From Sphaerochaetaceae bacterium (GTDB lineage: Bacteria; Spirochaetota; Spirochaetia; Sphaerochaetales; Sphaerochaetaceae), in contig JAZLGI010000003.1 of assembly GCA_045616225.1 (NCBI GenBank), positions 749-64,748 of the forward strand: DNA of 64,000 bases. Direction: 5' to 3'. Below the pieces are notes generated by a model. The model was not told the origin of the DNA, did no database searches, and saw nothing but the letters and a program-made list of their open reading frames with translations. The position numbers and the translations under genes are program-made. Shown piece after piece: positions 1 to 7,962 of the stretch (position 1 is the stretch's first letter; every line of letters starts with the position of its first letter).

Positions 1-96
1 AACGGTTGGAACTATCCTTCCAGCAAGCTGCTGATTAAAATAGTAGAGGTTTTGGAAATACCGGTAAGTATATTATTTACTCCAAGAAATTTATAA
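1..96 (+). CDS. 3' end of an ORF truncated by the window edge, possibly an XRE/Cro-type HTH protein
   Basis: Frame 1 is open from base 1 to TAA at 94-96 (NGWNYPSSKLLIKIVEVLEIPVSILFTPRNL). The PS..L.KI...L pattern resembles the recognition helix and tail of Cro/C1 HTH domains. Only 31 codons are visible. Confidence 0.3.
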   Translation, partial: NGWNYPSSKLLIKIVEVLEIPVSILFTPRNL

Positions 97-130
97 TTTG
101 AAATGTTTGTTATTTTTTAAATAGAGGGGT

Positions 131-292
131 ATGCTAAACCATAGAATGAAAAATTGGGTTTTATCAGAAAACAGCTTTGTTCTCTCAGATTTGGATACTT
201 TAAAAAACAAATTCATTGAGCTACTCAACAGTTTTTACAAAGAAAAAATAACCGGAATGAATCCGTCAGAATACAAGAACCAACACAAATGA
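131..292 (+). CDS. small hypothetical ORF (53 aa) translationally coupled to the next gene
   Basis: ATG at 131 is preceded by AGAGGGG (123-129). It translates to MLNHRMKNWVLSENSFVLSDLDTLKNKFIELLNSFYKEKITGMNPSEYKNQHK. Its TGA (290-292) overlaps the ATG (289-291) of the downstream gene in an ATGA arrangement. It is below the ORF-track length cutoff and I recognise no homology. Confidence 0.3.
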   Translation: MLNHRMKNWVLSENSFVLSDLDTLKNKFIELLNSFYKEKITGMNPSEYKNQHK

Positions 293-1692
293 CAGAAAAA
301 GGTTTTAAATCAATATCAATAGAAGACGCTGACTTATTATCTCAATATTATAGAAATTGTACTTACCAAAACTGCGAATACAGTACGGGAATTAAAGTTT
401 TTTGGAATAAGTTCTATCCTTATGAATACACAATTCAAGCAGGATGTCTCATTATTAAATATGAATCAAACAACCATACAAATTTTGACTATCCTGTTTG
501 CGGACCAAACGGAGATATAAACAAAGCCTTAGATTTCATTGATTCATATTGCTCTGAAAACTGCATAGTACCTTTGTTTTCAGACGTTCCGGATGACGGA
601 ATAACTGTACTTGCCAACAGATATCCTCATGTTGATATTTCAAAAAGCCGAGGTCTTGATGATTATATTTACAAAGCCAATGAAGTAATTACTTTTTCAG
701 GCAAAAAGTTTTCAGGACAGAGAAATCATATTAATAAATTTAACTCGGTTTATCCAAATCACATTTTCAGACCTGTAAAGCCACAAGAAGATTTGACTGC
801 TTTCTTTTCTGAATTCAAGGAAAACTTAAAAAAAGAAAACCAAGATACAGAAGAAGAATTGGAAGTTGCAGAAGCAATGTCAAAAAACTGGTGGAAAGTT
901 CCCGGAATGTTTGCAGGCTGCATGGAAGTAGAAGGCAAAATTGTTTCTGTATCTATTGGAGAGATTACAGGAAACACCATGATAATTCATATAGAAAAAG
1001 CTTTATCTTCTTTTTCCGGTATTTATCCTGCTGTTTTTTCCTCTTTTGTTTCTTTGTTTGCATCTCAGGATGTGGTTTTTGTCAACAGAGAAGAAGATAA
1101 TTATGACAAAGGGCTCAGAACCTCCAAAACTCAATATAAACCTTGTCTTATGCTTTCAAAAAAAGTTATTTCTGTTCACAGCCTTTTAGAAAACATAAAA
1201 GACATTCCTATGTTAAAAACAGAACGGCTTGTTCTTGATTCCATAACTGCAAATGATATTACTGATTACAACAAGCTTTGCCTTGATGAAAGTTTAAACA
1301 AATACTGGGGATATGATTACCATGAAGATCTTAAAGGCGAGCTTACAGAAAACTTTTTTGTAGACACTGCAAAAGAAGATTTTGAAAACCATGTATGTAT
1401 TAATTTCGCAATAAGGTATCAAAACTCTTTTATAGGGGAACTTGTATTTTACAATGAAGATTTTAAAGGTTCCGTAGAATTGGGTTGCAGATTACTCAAT
1501 TCTTTTCAACACAAGGGTTTTGCTTTGGAAGCTATTAAAAAAGCCATTGACTGGGCTCTTTATGATGCAGATTTTTCAGAAATAAAAGCAAAGTGCTTTA
1601 AAGAAAACATTCCTTCATTTAATCTTTTATCAAAAATCATGAATAAAAGCCATGAAGATGACACTTATTTCTACTTTAATACTGTCTATTGA
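289..1692 (+). CDS. fusion protein: DUF2156 (MprF C-terminal / aminoacyl-PG synthase-like GNAT fold) plus a C-terminal RimJ/RimL-like GNAT N-acetyltransferase
   Basis: 467-aa ORF. The N-terminal ~300 aa carry the DUF2156-like block FSGKKFSGQRNHINKF. The C-terminal ~160 aa (TERLVLDSITANDITDY...GELVFYNEDFKGSVELGCRLLNSFQHKGFALEAIK) read like an Acetyltransf_3 GNAT domain. Confidence 0.65.
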   Translation: MTEKGFKSISIEDADLLSQYYRNCTYQNCEYSTGIKVFWNKFYPYEYTIQAGCLIIKYESNNHTNFDYPVCGPNGDINKALDFIDSYCSENCIVPLFSDVPDDGITVLANRYPHVDISKSRGLDDYIYKANEVITFSGKKFSGQRNHINKFNSVYPNHIFRPVKPQEDLTAFFSEFKENLKKENQDTEEELEVAEAMSKNWWKVPGMFAGCMEVEGKIVSVSIGEITGNTMIIHIEKALSSFSGIYPAVFSSFVSLFASQDVVFVNREEDNYDKGLRTSKTQYKPCLMLSKKVISVHSLLENIKDIPMLKTERLVLDSITANDITDYNKLCLDESLNKYWGYDYHEDLKGELTENFFVDTAKEDFENHVCINFAIRYQNSFIGELVFYNEDFKGSVELGCRLLNSFQHKGFALEAIKKAIDWALYDADFSEIKAKCFKENIPSFNLLSKIMNKSHEDDTYFYFNTVY

Positions 1693-1748
1693 ACTCTGTT
1701 AATTGTCATTCATTTGCCGTTTTAAGCAAAAGAAAGTAGGTTTAGTAT

Positions 1749-2105
1749 ATGAAGAAAGCAGTCTTTACAATAATCATTATGCTCTTTGTCTTAGTATCTT
1801 GTTCAACTGTCAAGACATCTACAGTCACTCTTAACGGAAACCCTACAACCGGTTATCAATGGTCTTGCGAAATTAAAGACAGCTCAGTTGTCTCCTTAAA
1901 AAGCAGCAAGTATACAGCAAAAACAACAAAATCAGGAATGGTGGGAGTTGGCGGACAATGGGATTTTGTTTTCACCCCTGTAAATGACGGAAGTTCAGTA
2001 ATTGTTTTTAACTATGCAAGAAGTTGGGAAAATGAATCTATAGATTCCATTACCTATTTGGCAACAGTCAGCAACGGAAAGCTCACACTTAAACAAAGCA
2101 AGTAG
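1749..2105 (+). CDS. chagasin-family (MEROPS I42) cysteine-peptidase inhibitor lipoprotein
   Basis: 118 aa. It has a signal peptide with lipobox LVSC. The three family loop motifs are present: NPTTGYQW, VGVGG and an RxW-like ARSWE. Confidence 0.75.
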   Translation: MKKAVFTIIIMLFVLVSCSTVKTSTVTLNGNPTTGYQWSCEIKDSSVVSLKSSKYTAKTTKSGMVGVGGQWDFVFTPVNDGSSVIVFNYARSWENESIDSITYLATVSNGKLTLKQSK

Positions 2106-2175
2106 AATACCTCTATTGTTTTGCATTTTGATTGCCGTCCTTTTATAATATTTATGGTATTCAGAAGGAGTAATC

Positions 2176-3366
2176 ATGAAAAAATTAATTGTTCTTATAA
2201 TTGTTTTAACCTCTGTATTGAGTCTTTTTGCAGGTGATTGGTCATTTGAAACGCTAAACTCTCAATCACTTTTTAAAGAATCGGCTTTTGACCAATATGC
2301 TTTTTTGAGTCAACTTGGAGTAATCTACTTTCCTAAGAAAGATTCAGACGTCAAACTGCGCCTCTCAATGGCAGAAAAGACAAGTCCTGAAGATATTGTT
2401 TATATAGATGTCTCTGCAAATGAAGACCACAAAAGCAATATGTTCATTCAAGCAAAACTTGCAGAAGAACTTGGCTTAGCACATTTTACATTTGACAACG
2501 GAAAATTTCCTAAAATTGATGGTCAGATAATCCTTAAAGCTTATTGGAATTCTCTTCTTAACATGGATGGCTCCAATCAGATTTGCGGAACAGACGGTTC
2601 TTACCTTATTGGTACTGAATTTAAAATTGCAGATAAACTTTCCCTAAGTGTTGGATTGCATCATCTTTCCGGACATTTTGGAGATGAATACTTATCTGAC
2701 GCAATGGAATCCAATCTTTTTTCTCAAACTTCAGAAAAAAAAGCAAATGGAGAGGTTGAAGTCAAGAAAACATATATAGACAAAGACGGAAAAGAATATG
2801 TCTACTACGCACCTACAGAGTTTGTCAGAGACAATGAGTGGCTTATAGGAGCAGCTTATGATCTTCCTCTTGGCTTCAGGCCTTATGTAAAAATGGCTAT
2901 TCCAAGAAAGAATGCATGGATTAGACCATATATTCATACTCCATCTGGAAACAAATATGATATAGAAAGAATTGCATGGGGAGAATCACTTCCTGATCAT
3001 GCAGAAAATGAAGGTTCTCTTGCTGCAAAAGTAGAAAAGGACTTAAAAGAAGGTATTCCGTATAGGGCTTTAAGATTAAATGCCGGTTTTGACTGGAATA
3101 TGAAATTCTCATCTTTGTTTGGAGTATCTGCCGGTTTTGACGTAGAGCTAAATCAGGATTATATGTCAAAGCATATGCCTAATTCTTTTGCAAAAGATAA
3201 TCTTTGGGAATTTGAGTATTCTGCAGGTGCAAGTTTTGAGTTGTACAATGCCATAAACTCAAAGACAATGAGCATAAACTTCATCTACCATGATGGAAGA
3301 TTACCTCTTTTGAACTTCTATTATATTCACACAAATACACTTTATGTAGGAATTGGAATTCACTGA
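2176..3366 (+). CDS. putative outer-membrane protein, paralog A (unknown family with HHxSxHxGDE motif)
   Basis: 396 aa with signal peptide MKKLIVLIIVLTSVLSLFA|GDWSF. It shares HHLSGHFGDEYL, G.DG.Y..G, IRPY and the C-terminal YHDGRLPLLNFYY.H block with the ORF at 4765-5952. The C-terminal half alternates hydrophobic and polar residues. Confidence 0.65.
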   Translation: MKKLIVLIIVLTSVLSLFAGDWSFETLNSQSLFKESAFDQYAFLSQLGVIYFPKKDSDVKLRLSMAEKTSPEDIVYIDVSANEDHKSNMFIQAKLAEELGLAHFTFDNGKFPKIDGQIILKAYWNSLLNMDGSNQICGTDGSYLIGTEFKIADKLSLSVGLHHLSGHFGDEYLSDAMESNLFSQTSEKKANGEVEVKKTYIDKDGKEYVYYAPTEFVRDNEWLIGAAYDLPLGFRPYVKMAIPRKNAWIRPYIHTPSGNKYDIERIAWGESLPDHAENEGSLAAKVEKDLKEGIPYRALRLNAGFDWNMKFSSLFGVSAGFDVELNQDYMSKHMPNSFAKDNLWEFEYSAGASFELYNAINSKTMSINFIYHDGRLPLLNFYYIHTNTLYVGIGIH

Positions 3367-3367
3367 T

Positions 3368-4768
3368 ATGAAAAACAGAATAATTCTCCTGTTAGTATTG
3401 GTTTTAAGTGCAGGACTGTTAATTTGCTGCAATGATGAAGACAATATTGCAAAGACCGGATTCAGAATTGTTGAAATTGTAAAACCTGAATCTCTTACGG
3501 GAAGAGACGGTACCAATCTTACAGAGCATCCTAATTATGGCAGTTATGTTCTTCAAGCAACTAACGGAGAAGAAAAGAAGGAAGTACATTCTTCTTTGCC
3601 ACTGACACTGGATGGTATTTCTCCGGGAACTTGGACTTACACAATTAAATGCCTTGATTCAAACGGAGACGTACTTGCTGTTTCTCAATCAAGAGAAATA
3701 GAGGTTAAAGAAAATGAGTTTACCAGTATTATTGCTGATAAGTTTTCGTATCTGAACCTCCTTTTTGGAATTTCAGAAGAAGGTCTGATACGTGTCAGAC
3801 CTTTCTCAAAATCCACTATTTCTTCAAATTTAGTTATTCCTGAATTTTTGAATAATAAAGAAAATCAAGTTAAAGGCATTTCGTATGGTGGTTTTTCCGG
3901 CTGTACCGGTTTGACAGATGTCACAATTCCAAAATGCATTTCAACAATAGGAACAGGTGCATTTGAGAATTGTACTTCCCTCACAGATATTGTCATCCCG
4001 GATACAGTTTATTCTCTTGGTGCCGGTGCATTTAAGGGCTGCACAAACCTTAAGACGGTCATTATAGGAAAGAATATTCTTAAAATTGACTCAGATTTAT
4101 TCAGAGATTGTTCTTCTTTGGAAAATATATCTTTCTCTGAGAATGTTAAATCTATTGGTTCTTTTGCTTTTTACGGCTGTAAATCCCTAAAGAGTATTTC
4201 TTTATCTGACAAGATTCAACAAATAGACAGTAATGCTTTTTCAGAATGTAAAAGCTTACAAAAAGCAGTAATTCCAAATAGTACAACAGTATTAGGTTCA
4301 CGTGTATTTTACAATTGTAAAAAACTTACCGTTATTACATTGCATGACAACATCACGGGTATTGGTTATGAAGCTTTTGCTTATTGTCCAATCACAGAGA
4401 TTCATCTACCTGAAAATGAAAGGTTTACTACAATCTCTTGGGGACTATTGAAAGGTACAAGTGTTACATCTGTAGATTTACCTCAAAATATCACTGCTCT
4501 TCAAAACAGTGCTTTTGAAAACACACCAATACAAAACATAAAACTTACAGATGAAATCAAATCTATTGGTGTTAATTGCTTCAAAGATTGTACGGCTTTA
4601 AGTGAAATCTTTATTCCGGATTCCGTTAAAACCATGGAATATTGCGTTTTTGAAGGATGCAGTTCATTAAACAGAATATTGTGTCAGGCAAAAGAAAAAG
4701 ATGTAAATTTTGACAATCTTTGGAAGCAATCATGTAATGCAGAAGTAATCTGGGAGGCAGAAAAATGA
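3368..4768 (+). CDS. BspA-type leucine-rich-repeat (LRR_5) surface lipoprotein
   Basis: The ATG at 3368 lies 2 nt after the upstream stop; the track ORF from 3353 would overlap it. Lipobox LLIC|C is present. There are about 12 tandem ~23-aa repeats of the form IP..V..IG..AF..C..L..I, typical of BspA-like LRR proteins. Confidence 0.8.
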   Translation: MKNRIILLLVLVLSAGLLICCNDEDNIAKTGFRIVEIVKPESLTGRDGTNLTEHPNYGSYVLQATNGEEKKEVHSSLPLTLDGISPGTWTYTIKCLDSNGDVLAVSQSREIEVKENEFTSIIADKFSYLNLLFGISEEGLIRVRPFSKSTISSNLVIPEFLNNKENQVKGISYGGFSGCTGLTDVTIPKCISTIGTGAFENCTSLTDIVIPDTVYSLGAGAFKGCTNLKTVIIGKNILKIDSDLFRDCSSLENISFSENVKSIGSFAFYGCKSLKSISLSDKIQQIDSNAFSECKSLQKAVIPNSTTVLGSRVFYNCKKLTVITLHDNITGIGYEAFAYCPITEIHLPENERFTTISWGLLKGTSVTSVDLPQNITALQNSAFENTPIQNIKLTDEIKSIGVNCFKDCTALSEIFIPDSVKTMEYCVFEGCSSLNRILCQAKEKDVNFDNLWKQSCNAEVIWEAEK

Positions 4769-5952
4769 AGAGAACAATAATCTTTTGCTTGATTCTATTT
4801 GTTTTGACAGGTTTGTTTGCCTCGGATTTTTCTTTTAAGCCTGTAAGTATTAATCCTCTTTATGAATCCTACAAAGCAGATTCATGGAATTTTGATACAA
4901 GAGGACAGGTCATTTATCTTTTAGAAGGAAAAGGATTAAACCAAGTTCTTCTTTGCACTAAATATGAAGCAGGACGTGAAAAATATTACCTAAATTGGGA
5001 TGAAGTACAGGAAAGTTCAGAAGAATTTGTAATGGAATTGGCAGATTTCAGAGATGCTTCTGAAGGACTTGAAGAATTATATAGGGTAAAAACCGGTTTT
5101 GGTGCCGGACTTTTAAGATTCCAATACAAAGATTTCCAGATAGAAGGTGCAGTTCAGGGAGCTATTAACCTTATCTTTGATGCTAACGGAGGAACAGACT
5201 GTATTGGTTTTGACGGTATTTATTTTTTGGGTGCAAATGCTAAGTATTCTGATTTCCTAAGTGCAAGATTTGGTTTTCATCACTATTCAAGCCACTACGG
5301 AGATGAAATAGAAGAAGAATTCATGTTGAGAAATGATGAACTCAACAGAAAATATGCAGATAGATTTACCTATAGCAGATATCAAACAGGTTTTGTTTCA
5401 CGGTTGACTCAATATGTCAGGCAAGACAGTATGATAGCCGGAATAACTGTTAAACCATTAAAATGGATTAAACTTTACAGTGAAATAGATTTCCCTCCAA
5501 AGCGTATGAAAAACATAAGGCCATGGGTTTTGATTCCTAACGGAATAACGGCAACAACTTCTGACAGCAAAGCTTCAATGCAAACCCATAATGGCTTCAC
5601 AGAAGGAATTTATGAGACAGAACACGGAGAAAGAAAATATCCTTATTCTGACAAATACAAAGACATTGCCGTTAATCTTGGCATTGAGCTTTCACATGAT
5701 TTCAAAAATGTAGGAACTCTTCTTTTAGCCTATGATTTAAAGCTAAATCAAGAAGGACAAACCATGTATCAGATAGGAGCTTACAAACCGGAAAACAAAT
5801 GGGATATAGAACACAATGTTCTTCTGGCATTCTCATTTGACAACTCTCCTGTTTCTGCTGAAATAATCTACCACAACGGCAGATTTCCTCTTATGAATTA
5901 CTATTGGTATCACTGTTCTTACATATCTTTTGGTTTCTCAATTTCAAACTGA
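4765..5952 (+). CDS. putative outer-membrane protein, paralog B (same family as 2176-3366)
   Basis: 395 aa with signal peptide MKRTIIFCLILFVLTGLFA|SDFSF. Shared motifs with paralog A are HHYSSHYGDEIE, IRPW and YHNGRFPLMNYYWYH. Its start overlaps the LRR gene stop as ATGA. Confidence 0.65.
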   Translation: MKRTIIFCLILFVLTGLFASDFSFKPVSINPLYESYKADSWNFDTRGQVIYLLEGKGLNQVLLCTKYEAGREKYYLNWDEVQESSEEFVMELADFRDASEGLEELYRVKTGFGAGLLRFQYKDFQIEGAVQGAINLIFDANGGTDCIGFDGIYFLGANAKYSDFLSARFGFHHYSSHYGDEIEEEFMLRNDELNRKYADRFTYSRYQTGFVSRLTQYVRQDSMIAGITVKPLKWIKLYSEIDFPPKRMKNIRPWVLIPNGITATTSDSKASMQTHNGFTEGIYETEHGERKYPYSDKYKDIAVNLGIELSHDFKNVGTLLLAYDLKLNQEGQTMYQIGAYKPENKWDIEHNVLLAFSFDNSPVSAEIIYHNGRFPLMNYYWYHCSYISFGFSISN

Positions 5953-6008
5953 ATCTTTTCTGCATCTTACTTGAAAACTTTTTTCTTAATCGGTAATTTT
6001 TAGGTAAG

Positions 6009-6875
6009 ATGCACATAAATATATACACATGGATTGTATTGATTACTGCTATTGCAGGGGTATTTGGAACAGGTTTAGGCGGAATTGTCGGAGCTATTCT
6101 AAAAAGAGATTCAAACAGAATTGTCAGCCTTCTATTAAGTTTTGCAGGCGGTGTAATGCTTTCTGTTGTTTGTTTTGATTTGATTCCGGAAGCTTTTTTT
6201 CCGGAAGGAGCAACAGACAGCATTTCCATCTTTATTGTCATTTTGGGAATTTTCTTTGGGTATGGACTTGTCTATGCTTTAAATGCATGGATAGACAACA
6301 TAACAAACCCCGAAGTAAAACACATAAACAAAAATCACCCAAAGACAGCTGATGACTTGGATGAACTCATACACGCAGACCACCTAAAAGCTCACAAGAC
6401 CGATAAAAAAACAACAAACAGAGAATTATTTATAGCAGGAATTGTAATGGCCTGTGCCATAGCACTTCATAATATGCCTGAAGGAATGGTAATAGGAGCT
6501 TCTTTTGCAGCATCTGACAATACACTGCTTGGAGGAAGCGGTCTTTTAATTTCCATTGTAATTGGACTTCATAACATCCCTGAAGGAATGGCCGTTGTTG
6601 TTCCTCTGATAGCAGGAGGGATGAATAAAGGAAAAGCCATACTTATCACGGCTCTTTCCGGTGTTCCAACAATCATTGGTGCTTTAATTGGTTATTCATT
6701 AGGACTCATAGGACCAATTATGCTTTCACTGTCTTTAAGTTTTGCAGGCGGTGCAATGCTTTATGTTGTTTTCGGAGAGCTTTTTCCGGAAGCAATTCTT
6801 ATGTGGAAATCAAAACTTCCGGCTTTCTTTACGCTAATAGGAACTATAACAGGACTTGTTCTGGTAAATGTATAA
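6009..6875 (+). CDS. ZIP-family divalent metal (zinc) transporter
   Basis: 288 aa and polytopic. It carries duplicated ZIP signatures LHNMPEGMVIGASF and LHNIPEGMAVVVPL, plus a charged His-containing central loop. Confidence 0.85.
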   Translation: MHINIYTWIVLITAIAGVFGTGLGGIVGAILKRDSNRIVSLLLSFAGGVMLSVVCFDLIPEAFFPEGATDSISIFIVILGIFFGYGLVYALNAWIDNITNPEVKHINKNHPKTADDLDELIHADHLKAHKTDKKTTNRELFIAGIVMACAIALHNMPEGMVIGASFAASDNTLLGGSGLLISIVIGLHNIPEGMAVVVPLIAGGMNKGKAILITALSGVPTIIGALIGYSLGLIGPIMLSLSLSFAGGAMLYVVFGELFPEAILMWKSKLPAFFTLIGTITGLVLVNV

Positions 6876-6900
6876 AGCAACTTTCATACGAAAGTTGCTT
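6875..6900 (+). terminator. hairpin immediately after the ZIP transporter stop
   Basis: AAGCAACTTTC-ATAC-GAAAGTTGCTT forms an 11-bp perfect stem. The downstream T-run is weak. Confidence 0.5.
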
Positions 6901-6920
6901 TACAATTAAAGTTTAAAGTT

Positions 6921-7006
6921 CGGAGAGAGGGGGATTCGAACCCCCGAAGGCTTTTGACCTTACACGACTTCCAATCGTGCACCTTCGACCACTCGGACAT
7001 CTCTCC
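6921..7006 (-). tRNA. tRNA-Ser (anticodon GGA)
   Basis: The reverse complement is GGAGAGATGTCCGAGTGGTCGAAGGTGCACGATTGGAAGTCGTGTAAGGTCAAAAGCCTTCGGGGGTTCGAATCCCCCTCTCTCCG. It shows a 7-bp acceptor stem, T-arm GGGGG/TTCGAAT/CCCCC, anticodon loop TTGGAAG, and the long variable arm AAGG..CCTT typical of class II Ser tRNAs. No CCA is encoded. Confidence 0.9.
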
Positions 7007-7066
7007 TTGCGACGCATTGACTATATCAAAAAAACAATAACATCTTCAAGTGTCATAAGTTATTTA

Positions 7067-7660
7067 TCAGAAATCTATTCTTCCTCTCAGAGAACGAGCA
7101 AGAGTACTTGTACTTGCATATTCAAGTTCTCCGCCTATCGGAAGACCTGATGCAAGACGTGAGAGTTTTATCTGAGGATAATCTTTTAAAAGAGTCCTGA
7201 GAAAAGAAGCTGTTATATCACCGGACTCTGTTGGATTTGTAGCAATAATTACTTCTGTAAAACTACCCTCTTTTATTCTTTTCATTAAGGAGTCAAAGGT
7301 TAATTCTTTTGGGGTTACTCCATGTAGAAGGTCAATAGCTCCTCCAAGAACATGAAAAAGCCCGTTATAAGCTCCTGAACTTTGAATTGTAATAACATCC
7401 TGCGGTTGTTCAACAACACATAAAAGACTTCTGTCTCTTGAAACATCTGAACAAACAGGACATGGATCTAATTCTGTAAATGAACCGCAAACAGAACAAA
7501 TTTTTATCTTATCTTTAATCTGTGCAATGTTTTCTGAAAGATATGCATTGAAATCCGGTTTTGCAGATACAAGATAATAGGCAATTCTGTATGCACTTTT
7601 TTTTCCAATTCCCGGAAGCCGTGCAAATGCCTCCGCCAAACGGTCTATAGAATTTGTCAT
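7067..7660 (-). CDS. recR: recombination protein RecR
   Basis: 197 aa. It has the RLPGIGKKSAYRIAYYL helix-hairpin-helix, a C4 zinc finger (CSVCGSF...CPVC), and a Toprim domain. Confidence 0.95.
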   Translation of the reverse strand: MTNSIDRLAEAFARLPGIGKKSAYRIAYYLVSAKPDFNAYLSENIAQIKDKIKICSVCGSFTELDPCPVCSDVSRDRSLLCVVEQPQDVITIQSSGAYNGLFHVLGGAIDLLHGVTPKELTFDSLMKRIKEGSFTEVIIATNPTESGDITASFLRTLLKDYPQIKLSRLASGLPIGGELEYASTSTLARSLRGRIDF

Positions 7661-7962
7661 AAAGGAAGCCCTATTTGCTGTGCATAGGAACCGGCTTCCT
7701 GCTGAATTCTTGATTTTACATTTTCCAAAGCATTGTTAATTGCAGAGGCAATAAGGACTTCAAGCATCTCCGCCTGTCCTTCTTTTACAATTGAAGGATC
7801 TATCTTAATGCTTTCTATCTTCATCTCTCCTGTTGCAACAACCTCTATCATATTTCCCAGTGCATAACCGGTACACTTTATTGAAGGAAGTTTTGCTTTT
7901 GCCTCTTCTATCATTTGCTTTGTATTTTCAATGTTTTTCATAAATTCAAGTGGGTTAATCAT
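7657..7962 (-). CDS. ybaB: YbaB/EbfC nucleoid-associated DNA-binding protein
   Basis: 101 aa in the conserved dnaX-ybaB-recR arrangement, with overlapping start and stop codons on both sides. Confidence 0.9.
   Translation of the reverse strand: MINPLEFMKNIENTKQMIEEAKAKLPSIKCTGYALGNMIEVVATGEMKIESIKIDPSIVKEGQAEMLEVLIASAINNALENVKSRIQQEAGSYAQQIGLPL

Noticed and set aside
5953-6008. A possible Zur/Fur-type operator upstream of the ZIP metal transporter.
   Set aside because: There is no palindrome resembling known Zur or Fur boxes in the 56-bp spacer.
6876-7066. The tRNA-Ser locus as a possible integration site of a mobile element or genomic island.
   Set aside because: There is no integrase, no direct repeat of the tRNA 3' end, and no phage or transposon genes on either side. 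The flanking genes are a ZIP transporter and recR.
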